Assembly: GCA_034667725.1 (NCBI GenBank) | Contig: JAXDQS010000002.1 | Span: 32,001 to 96,000 of the forward strand | Source: Thermoplasmata archaeon | GTDB taxonomy: Archaea; Thermoplasmatota; E2; JACPAO01; JAHFTW01 | Direction: 5' to 3' | Length of the DNA stretch: 64,000 nucleotides | Shown: one piece after another, positions 56,889 through 64,000 of the stretch | How the letters are laid out: every line of letters starts with the position of its first letter | How positions within the stretch are numbered: the first letter of the stretch is position 1 | The notes under the pieces: model-generated | Databases searched by the model: none | Told to the model about the DNA's origin: nothing | Seen by the model: the letters and a program-made list of their open reading frames with translations, nothing else | Made by a program: the position numbers and the translations under genes

Positions 56889-56987
56889 TCACTTCCGCCA
56901 CCGCCGCAGGTTCATGGCGCCCCAGATGGCGATGGCCACGAGGGCCAGCAAGAGGACGGCGTAGAGCAGGTCGCCGCCGTCGTCCAC
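56889..56987 (-). CDS. 32-aa single-TM protein
   Basis: VDDGGDLLYAVLLLALVAIAIWGAMNLRRWRK (positive-inside tail). Confidence 0.45.
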   Translation of the reverse strand: MDDGGDLLYAVLLLALVAIAIWGAMNLRRWRK

Positions 56988-57073
56988 GGCTTGGCACCCG
57001 GCCGGCGGCCATCAGGCTTGTCGTGCCGTCCCGGAAGGCTTGTGGCAGGCGGGCCCTTCGGCGGGATGTGCCC

Positions 57074-57607
57074 ATGGAGATCCGCCCGGCCTTCGCCCAC
57101 GTCAAGGTCGGCCGGTCCCGCCTCCATGGGCGCGGGCTGTTTGCCGCCCGGGACTTCCGCAAGGGCGACCGCGTCATGGAGTACGGCGGCGAGAAGGTCG
57201 GCAAGCGCGAGGGCACCGTGCGCACCGAGGCCCAGTGGAAGAAGGGCCGCGTCTACACCTTCGAGCTCAACAAGCGCTGGGACATCGACGGCAGCCCCAA
57301 GTGGAACGTCGCCCGCCTGGCCAACTACTCCTGCGACCCTAACTGCGAGTCCGAGAACGACCACGGCCGCCGCATCTGGATCGTCGCCAAGCGCCCGATC
57401 AAGGAAGGCGACGAGATCACCTACGACTACAACTTCAGCTTCGTCGACCCGCCGCCGGTGTGCCAGTGCGGCTCGCCCAAGTGCCGGGGCTACATCGTCG
57501 GCGAGGCCTACCTCAAGGACTTGCGCGCCTGGCTGAAGCGGAAGGGGCTGCCAGGCGGGCCTGGGCTCAAGCGCAGGCGGGCCGCCAAGACGGCGGGGGC
57601 GGCTTGA
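57074..57607 (+). CDS. SET-domain lysine methyltransferase with post-SET cysteines
   Basis: [37 protein letters not shown]. Confidence 0.92.
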   Translation: MEIRPAFAHVKVGRSRLHGRGLFAARDFRKGDRVMEYGGEKVGKREGTVRTEAQWKKGRVYTFELNKRWDIDGSPKWNVARLANYSCDPNCESENDHGRRIWIVAKRPIKEGDEITYDYNFSFVDPPPVCQCGSPKCRGYIVGEAYLKDLRAWLKRKGLPGGPGLKRRRAAKTAGAA

Positions 57608-59808
57608 CGCTGCACACCTGCCCGATGCACCCCGAGGTCCGCAAGGAGGGGCCCGGCGACTGCCCCGACTGCGGGATGTCGTTGGAGCCCGTGCCGGGCG
57701 GCGCCCGCGCCTCCAAGTGGGTTTGCCCGATGCACCCCGAGGTGGTGGCGGACGGGCCGGGCGACTGCCCCGTCTGTGGGATGGCCTTGGAGCCCGCCGC
57801 CGGCACGGCCGCGGCAAACCCGGAGCTGCGCAGCATGTGGATCCGCTTCTGGGTGGCCGCCATCCTCAGCCTCCCGCTGGCCGCCATGGGGATGGGCGAC
57901 CTGCTCCCCATCCAGGACGTGGGGCCTGCCCTCGGCTGGATCCAGCTTGTCCTTGCGACCCCCGTGGTGCTGTGGTGCGGGTGGCCGTTCCTGGTGCGCG
58001 CCGCGCGGTCCGTCCTCACCTGGCGCCTCAACATGTGGACCCTCATCGGCCTCGGCGTCCTGGTGGCCTACCTGTTCTCGGCCGCGGTGGTGCTGCTGCC
58101 CGACCGCCTGCCGCACGAGCTCCGGCACGAGGGCAGGCTGCCGGTGTACTTCGAGGCCGCCGCGGCCATCGTCGCCTTGGTCCTCCTGGGCCAGGTGATG
58201 GAGCTGCGCGCCCGCGAGCGTGCCGGCTCGGCCTTGCGCGCGCTCTTGGAGCTGGCGCCGCGCACCGCCCACATCGTGCGCCCCGGCGGCGCCGAGGAGG
58301 AGGTCGCGCTGCACCAGGTCGAGAAGGGCTGGGCCCTGCGGGTCCGGCCGGGCGGGCGCGTCCCGGTCGACGGCCGCGTGACCGAAGGCGCCACCGCCGT
58401 GGACGAGTCGATGGTGACGGGCGAGTCGGTGCCGGTGGACAAGCAGCCCGGCGACAAGGTCATCGGCGGCACCGTCAACACCACCGGCTCCATCCTGATG
58501 GTGGCCGAGCGCGTCGGCGCCGACACGGTGCTGGAGCGCATCGTCGCCCAGGTCGCGCAGGCCCAGGCCAGCCGGGCGCCCATCCAGAAGGTCGCCGACC
58601 GGGTGGCGGCCGTCTTCGTCCCCGTCGTGGTCCTCGTGGCCGTGGCCGCGTTCGCGGCTTGGATGCTGTGGGGACCGGAGCCGCGGTTCGCGTACGCCCT
58701 GGTGAGCGCCGTCTCGGTCCTGATCATCGCCTGCCCGTGCGCCTTGGGCCTCGCGACCCCCATGTCCATCATGGTGGCCACCGGCCGCGGCGCCACCATG
58801 GGCATCCTGTTCCGCGACGCCGAGGCGCTGGAACGGCTGACCGACGTGGACACGGTCCTCCTGGACAAGACGGGCACGTTGACCTTGGGCAAGATGCGGC
58901 TGCACACCATCTACCCGACGCCCGGCGTCGTCGAGCGCGAGGCGCTGCGGATGGCGGCGGCGGTCGAGCGCCAAAGCGAGCACCCGATTGCGCAGGCCAT
59001 CGCGGCGGCCGCCCCCGACGCGCCACGCGCCACCGAGTTCCGCAACGTGCCCGGCCAAGGCGTCGTCGGCGTCGTCGAGGGCCGGAAGGTGGCTATCGGC
59101 CATCGCTTCCTGGTCTCGGACGCGGGCGCCACCGTGCCCCTGGACGCCGAGGCAAACGCGGCGTCCATGCGCCGGCTCGGGCTCACGGTCCTCTACCTCG
59201 CGGTGGACGGCGAGCTGTGGGCCGTGCTGGGCGTGGCGGACACCGTCAAGCCGACGTCGCGCGAGGCCGTCGCCAAGCTGCGCGAGCTGCACCTCCAGGT
59301 CCGGATGCTGACGGGCGACAACGCCACCACCGCGAACGCCGTGGCCACCCGCGTCGGCATCCGCGACGTGGACGCCGGCGTCCTGCCCGAGGGCAAGGCC
59401 GAGGTCGTGCGCCGCCTCCAGGCCGAGGGCAAGAAGGTCGCGATGTGCGGCGACGGCGTCAACGACGCGCCCGCGCTGGCGGCCGCGCACGTCGGGATCG
59501 CGATGGGCACCGGCACCGACGCGGCCAAGGAGGTCGCAGGGGTCACCTTGGTCCAGAGCGACGTGGCCGGCCTCGAACGCGCCATCCGGCTGTCGCGCGC
59601 CACATCGGCCAACATCCGGCAGAACCTGTTCTTCGCGTTCGCCTACAACGCAGTCGGCATCCCGCTGGCGGCCGGCGTGCTCTACCCGTTCTTCGGGCTG
59701 CTGCTGTCGCCGATGGTGGCGGCGGCCGCCATGTCCCTGAGCAGCGTGTCGGTCATCGCCAACGCCCTCCGGCTCCGGCACGCCCGCCTCGCCGCCCTGG
59801 GGTCCTAG
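57604..59808 (+). CDS. copA: copper-translocating P1B-type ATPase
   Basis: Two CPMHP…CP.CGM.LEP metal domains, TGE, CPC, DKTGT, GDGVND, YN, MxxSS; TTG overlaps the SET stop. Confidence 0.95.
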   Translation: MTLHTCPMHPEVRKEGPGDCPDCGMSLEPVPGGARASKWVCPMHPEVVADGPGDCPVCGMALEPAAGTAAANPELRSMWIRFWVAAILSLPLAAMGMGDLLPIQDVGPALGWIQLVLATPVVLWCGWPFLVRAARSVLTWRLNMWTLIGLGVLVAYLFSAAVVLLPDRLPHELRHEGRLPVYFEAAAAIVALVLLGQVMELRARERAGSALRALLELAPRTAHIVRPGGAEEEVALHQVEKGWALRVRPGGRVPVDGRVTEGATAVDESMVTGESVPVDKQPGDKVIGGTVNTTGSILMVAERVGADTVLERIVAQVAQAQASRAPIQKVADRVAAVFVPVVVLVAVAAFAAWMLWGPEPRFAYALVSAVSVLIIACPCALGLATPMSIMVATGRGATMGILFRDAEALERLTDVDTVLLDKTGTLTLGKMRLHTIYPTPGVVEREALRMAAAVERQSEHPIAQAIAAAAPDAPRATEFRNVPGQGVVGVVEGRKVAIGHRFLVSDAGATVPLDAEANAASMRRLGLTVLYLAVDGELWAVLGVADTVKPTSREAVAKLRELHLQVRMLTGDNATTANAVATRVGIRDVDAGVLPEGKAEVVRRLQAEGKKVAMCGDGVNDAPALAAAHVGIAMGTGTDAAKEVAGVTLVQSDVAGLERAIRLSRATSANIRQNLFFAFAYNAVGIPLAAGVLYPFFGLLLSPMVAAAAMSLSSVSVIANALRLRHARLAALGS

Positions 59809-59814
59809 CCCCGG

Positions 59815-60255
59815 TCAAGCCTTCCCTTTCGGCTTGGCGGCCTTGGCCTTCGCGAACGCGGCCCCGACGGCCGCCTCCAGCGCCTTCGGGTCGCCCTGCA
59901 TCGGGTCGAGCCGGATCCAGCCGAACAGCTTGAACACGGCCCCGTCCGGCGGGCGCAGCGCGAAGCCGGCGGCCTCCAGGCGGGCCTTGTCGGGCGCGTC
60001 GATGCGCAGCTCGACGGCGCCGGGCTCAGGGCCGCCGCGGAACAGCCGCGCGAACTGGTTGCAGCCGACGATGAGGCCGACGTGCTCGGCGCCGAACTCG
60101 CTCTGCAGCTCGGCGCCGTCGGCGGCCGCGACGGCCTGCGCGGCGCGCACCAGGTCCAAGAGCCGGGCCTTGTGCTCCGGCGCGACGGGCGTCCGCTCCA
60201 GCAGGCGCAGCGGCCGGTCGTCGCTGGCGGGCACGGTCGGGGTGTGGTCCATCAT
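59815..60255 (-). CDS. hypothetical protein
   Basis: ATGA overlap with the aminotransferase stop; host-like codons. Confidence 0.6.
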   Translation of the reverse strand: MMDHTPTVPASDDRPLRLLERTPVAPEHKARLLDLVRAAQAVAAADGAELQSEFGAEHVGLIVGCNQFARLFRGGPEPGAVELRIDAPDKARLEAAGFALRPPDGAVFKLFGWIRLDPMQGDPKALEAAVGAAFAKAKAAKPKGKA

Positions 60256-61436
60256 CCCACCGACCGGAGCTCTTTCTGCCAGGCGCCGAGCCGCCGCAGG
60301 CCTTCGCGGATGCGATCGGGATGGGTTGCGTAGCTGAGACGGACATGGCTGGCGCCCCGGGCGCCGAAGGCGAGGCCGGGCGTCACGGCGACGTCGGCGC
60401 GCTCCAGCATCCCCATGGCAAGCGCGTCGTCCAGGAGCCCGCCCCATTGGCGCGGGTCGAAGCGCGCGAAGCAGTAGAACGCGCCCGCCGGCGTCGGGCA
60501 GGACACGCCGGGCAGGGCGTTGAGGCCCGCCACCATCAGGTCGCGGCGGCGCCGGTACTCGTCCCGCATCGCGGCCACCGAGTCCTGCGGGCCGGCCACG
60601 GCGGCCAGCGCCCCATCCTGGGCGAAGCTGGTGATGTGCGTCAGGCTCTGCGACTGCAGCTTGTCCACCTCGGCGACGGCGGCGTCGGGCGCCACCACCC
60701 AGCCGGTGCGCCAGCCGGTCATCGCGAACGACTTGCTGAGGCCATTCACGGTGAAGGTGCGCTCCCAGCCGCCGGGCAGCGCCGCGGCGCTCACGTGCCG
60801 GCCATCGTAGAGCAGCTTCTGGTAAATCTCGTCCGAGATGACCCACAGGTCGTGGTCGATGGCAAGCTCGACGATGCCGCGCACGTCCTCCGGCGTGTTG
60901 ACGCCGCCCGTCGGGTTGGACGGCGAGTTGAGGATGATGGCCTTGGTCTTCCGGGTGATGCGCTCCGCCACGGCCTCGGGCCGCATCCGGAACCCGTCGT
61001 CCGCCAGGATGGGGACCGGGACCGGCGTCGCGTGCGCCCACTGCACGATCGGCTCGTAGCTGACCCACGCCGGGTCGGGCAGCAGCACCTCGTCGCCCTG
61101 CTGCGTCGTGGCCTGCAGCGACAGGAAGATGCCGTGCTTGGCCGGGGTCACGACGACATGCCGCGCCGTGCACGGGATGCCGTTGTCCTTGCGCTCGGCG
61201 TCCGCGATGGCGGCCCGCAGCTCCGGGATGCCGGCGCCCGGCGTGTACTTGGTGCGGCCGGCGCGCAACGCGGCGATGGCCGCCTCCTTCACGTGCTGCG
61301 GCGTGTCGAAGTCAGGCTCGCCGATGTTGAACGACACCATGTCGATGCCCTTGGCGCGCTTCTGGGCCACCAGGTTGTTCATGGCCACGGTGGCGGAGGC
61401 CGCGATGCGGCGGGTCCGCTCGGCGAAACGTGGCAC
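60252..61436 (-). CDS. class I PLP aminotransferase (aspartate aminotransferase-like)
   Basis: GEPDF, NSPSNPTG, SDEIY, SKSFAMTGWR. Confidence 0.95.
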   Translation of the reverse strand: MPRFAERTRRIAASATVAMNNLVAQKRAKGIDMVSFNIGEPDFDTPQHVKEAAIAALRAGRTKYTPGAGIPELRAAIADAERKDNGIPCTARHVVVTPAKHGIFLSLQATTQQGDEVLLPDPAWVSYEPIVQWAHATPVPVPILADDGFRMRPEAVAERITRKTKAIILNSPSNPTGGVNTPEDVRGIVELAIDHDLWVISDEIYQKLLYDGRHVSAAALPGGWERTFTVNGLSKSFAMTGWRTGWVVAPDAAVAEVDKLQSQSLTHITSFAQDGALAAVAGPQDSVAAMRDEYRRRRDLMVAGLNALPGVSCPTPAGAFYCFARFDPRQWGGLLDDALAMGMLERADVAVTPGLAFGARGASHVRLSYATHPDRIREGLRRLGAWQKELRSVG

Positions 61437-61460
61437 GACCGGTCGGAGGCCGGGTCTTGG

Positions 61461-63050
61461 TCAAGAGGGTGTCGTCGGCAGCTCCGGCCGGCGACGGAAC
61501 GGCAGCCGGAGGAACCGCTTCGGCAGCATCCCGAGCAGCACCAGCAGGATGCCGAGGCCGAACAGGATCAAGAGGGGCAACGAGGACCAGTCGATGGCGC
61601 CGCTGCCGGCGGTGCTGGCGGGGACCACGATGCCGGGGTTCGAGAGGTCCAGGTCGCCGCGCACGGGCTCGCTGAGCGAAGGGTGGCTCACCTCGTAGGT
61701 GAAGGGACCGAGGAAGGTCGGCGTCAGGTCGAGGCTTAGGCTGTGCGTGGTGAGCATCGTCTTCGCGTACGTGACGTTGTAGCCGCCCATCTGCGCGATC
61801 GGAGTGCTGTTGCCGGGGGCGTAGACGCGCAGCAGCACGCCGGGCATCGGCAAGCCGTCCGCGCCGGTCACGACGGCCCGGACCGGGACCTGGGCGAGGA
61901 TGGGCATGCCGTTCGGGTTGCGGGCCATGATGCCGCCGTAGTCGTTGTCCATGAGGTCGCCGGCGAAGCGCGAGTCATAGAGGAAGATGGCGTTGGCGCG
62001 GTTGCGCACGAAGGTGTTGTTGGAGGCGGCCAGCAGGCTGTTGTCCTTGCCGAAGATGCCTTGGCGGTGGCCGGTGATGACGGAGTCGCGGATGTCCGCG
62101 ATGGTCCCCATCAGGTAGACGCCGTGGGTCTCCTCGGTGGCGGGAACGGCCGCAGGCTCCAGGCGCAGGCCCTTGGCGTTGATGCGTGGGTAGTCCATAA
62201 CCTGGGGGTTGACCTCGTTGGGCAGGAACTTGCCGTGGACGCCGTCCTGCTTGTAGCCGGTGATGCGCACGTCGTCGAGGTTGGCCACGCCGGAGCCGGC
62301 GACGTACACGCCGATGGAGCCGGCCGAGAGGTCGGAGTCGTGGACCTGGACGGGGCAGCTGTTGACCATCACGGCCTCCGTGATGGCGTGGATGCTGGTC
62401 CGTTCGACCACGAAGTCGCACAAGGTGCGGCCCATGATGCCGAAATGGGAATCGGCCAGGCTCGAGTCGCGGATTTCCATCGGGCCAAGGGCGCCGAGGC
62501 TCATGAAGCCCATGTTGGCGACCTCGGCGCGCTCCAGCAGCACGGAGCCGCCCTGGGCCGCGATCAGCGTGCCGTTGCTGTTGTACAAGTGAATGTCGGC
62601 CAGCTCGGCGCGGCCGGCGACCCGGAGGCCGCCGCCGGGGAAGTAGAGGTTGTTCAGGCCGCTGCCGCGCATGCGCGAGATTTCGGTCCGGGGCTCGCCG
62701 GAGGAGACGATGGTGCCGTTGGCCTCGATCCAGAAGCCATGGGTCTCGTCGATGGTTTCGTCAAGGGCCGTGAGGCGGGTGGCGGCATTGCCGGACGGGC
62801 CGAGCTCCAGCCTGGCGCCCGCCTCGACCAGGATGCGGTGGCCGACGGTGAGTTCGACGCCTTCGAGGCGGAGCGTGGCGGGGGCCTGGACGAGGAGGTC
62901 GTGCGGGATGGTCCTGGCGACGGCCGTCCAGGTCTGGTCCTCGGCGACCACCACGTCGTCGGCCGCCGGCTGGCCCGTGCTGGACGGCGATGGGAGGACG
63001 ACGACGGCCAGCAGCAAGGCGAGGGTCGCGGACTGGAGGGTTTTGTTCAT
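61461..63050 (-). CDS. secreted right-handed beta-helix protein with C-terminal TM anchor
   Basis: Signal peptide MNKTLQSATLALLLAVVV; repeated G(I/V)xx…(I/V)RDS units; C-terminal TM plus basic tail. Confidence 0.75.
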   Translation of the reverse strand: MNKTLQSATLALLLAVVVLPSPSSTGQPAADDVVVAEDQTWTAVARTIPHDLLVQAPATLRLEGVELTVGHRILVEAGARLELGPSGNAATRLTALDETIDETHGFWIEANGTIVSSGEPRTEISRMRGSGLNNLYFPGGGLRVAGRAELADIHLYNSNGTLIAAQGGSVLLERAEVANMGFMSLGALGPMEIRDSSLADSHFGIMGRTLCDFVVERTSIHAITEAVMVNSCPVQVHDSDLSAGSIGVYVAGSGVANLDDVRITGYKQDGVHGKFLPNEVNPQVMDYPRINAKGLRLEPAAVPATEETHGVYLMGTIADIRDSVITGHRQGIFGKDNSLLAASNNTFVRNRANAIFLYDSRFAGDLMDNDYGGIMARNPNGMPILAQVPVRAVVTGADGLPMPGVLLRVYAPGNSTPIAQMGGYNVTYAKTMLTTHSLSLDLTPTFLGPFTYEVSHPSLSEPVRGDLDLSNPGIVVPASTAGSGAIDWSSLPLLILFGLGILLVLLGMLPKRFLRLPFRRRPELPTTPS

Positions 63051-63224
63051 GGAGGCACCCGATAGCACGCTTCGGACCTTTGGGCCATATTCAGTGGTTC
63101 TGGCCGAAGCGGATACATCTACAGGAGTGGAAGGAATTGCGCGTGCTCGCGGGGACGCACCTTGGCTAGGAATCATGGAGCGCAGAAAAGGATGGAAAGA
63201 GGGGGGAAGGGAACTACCGCTGCC

Positions 63225-64000
63225 TTAGTTGTAGGACATCGGGTAGGGGTCGCACTTGTTGGCGAGGGGGGCGATGCTGCCGTTGGGGCCAGCGACCGTG
63301 TAGGTGCCGTACGTGTTGGGCGGGGGGGCCGTGGTCGGGAAGCCGGTGACGTGGCCGCCGTCGATGGTGTACGCGAACTGCTCGTCGTAGACGAACGCGT
63401 CGCCGTTGCCGTCGCCGCAGGTGATGCCGCCGATCTGGGCGGTGAAGGGAACCGGGGCGTTGACCTCGTCCGTCATCTGGATCTGGTACCACTGGCGGGA
63501 GGGCGAGGCGATGATGCCCTGCTCGTCGTCCTCGGCGTCCTTGCAGGCGCCGCCGTCGTAGGCGTTGTAGGCGCCGTTCGAGCGGCCGCCGGTGGCAGCG
63601 CAGGGGGAGCCCGAGAAGCCCGGGTTCATGAAGCACAGGCCGCCCTGGCCGGAGTTGCCGGGGTCGCCGGTCTCGCTGTCAGGGTTGGCCTCGCAAGCCG
63701 TGAAGGCGAAGGCCGAGTCGCCGCCCTCGAAGGCGGGGTCGTCGGTGCAGAGGATGGCCTTGACCTCGGTGATGATGGGGTGGAGGTCCGGAATCATGTT
63801 GATGATGTTACAGAGCGGACCGCCGTTCACGAGGGGGTCGCTAGTGGGGTAGTCCACGCCGATGGCGGCGCCCCAGTGCTGGGGCTCAAGGCCGCTGCCT
63901 GCAGCCACCGAGGTGTTTTCCGTGATGTGGTACGCGTTGCTGGGGAGGGCCATGGCCACGAAGACCAAGGCGATGCCGCCAGCGATCATTTTGCTGTTCA
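63225..64000 (-). CDS. secreted Cys/Gly/Asp-rich hypothetical protein (start at or just beyond the window edge)
   Basis: Reads NSKMIAGGIALVFVAMALPSNA; the probable ATG begins at 64001. Confidence 0.7.
   Translation of the reverse strand, partial: NSKMIAGGIALVFVAMALPSNAYHITENTSVAAGSGLEPQHWGAAIGVDYPTSDPLVNGGPLCNIINMIPDLHPIITEVKAILCTDDPAFEGGDSAFAFTACEANPDSETGDPGNSGQGGLCFMNPGFSGSPCAATGGRSNGAYNAYDGGACKDAEDDEQGIIASPSRQWYQIQMTDEVNAPVPFTAQIGGITCGDGNGDAFVYDEQFAYTIDGGHVTGFPTTAPPPNTYGTYTVAGPNGSIAPLANKCDPYPMSYN

Overview
GC-rich archaeal chromosomal segment. The archaeal call rests on aIF2-gamma plus its PIN neighbour, a COG1340-type coiled-coil gene, TATA-like boxes about 25-30 nt before start codons and a PGF-CTERM-like tail. 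A Thermoplasmatota-like aerobic heterotroph is my inference. (1) About 1-7100 is a visibly lower-GC accessory/defence island. It carries a complete, tightly coupled Ubl-E2-JAB-E1 operon in bacterial BilABCD order, whose ubiquitin-like protein ends in Ala (…PGKKA) rather than Gly. It also carries a Panacea/SocA-like plus 2-TM gene pair and a membrane gene with a decayed second copy. (2) 7235-9001 encodes a secreted Cys/Pro-repeat protein. (3) 11.7-23 kb is a surface-protein locus of seven tandem paralogous lipoproteins, each with a hypervariable, mostly Cys-closed loop. The array is interrupted by a two-gene insert and headed by a sortase-signal protein. (4) 23.6-64 kb is mostly core metabolism: ETF plus Fe-S oxidoreductase, FumC, aconitase, acyl-CoA dehydrogenase and ligase, aIF2g, CopA, AspAT. 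It also holds a Sau3AI-like Dcm/Vsr/MutH module abutting tRNA-Ser(TGA), a split RLAN/RimK pair, a Rieske-fold protein missing 3 of 4 cluster ligands and a SET-domain protein. Three gene boundaries, including the tRNA 5' end, are directly duplicated around hairpin-rich spacers. No CRISPR array, integrase or transposase was seen. Family calls are from motif recognition only; no database searches were run.
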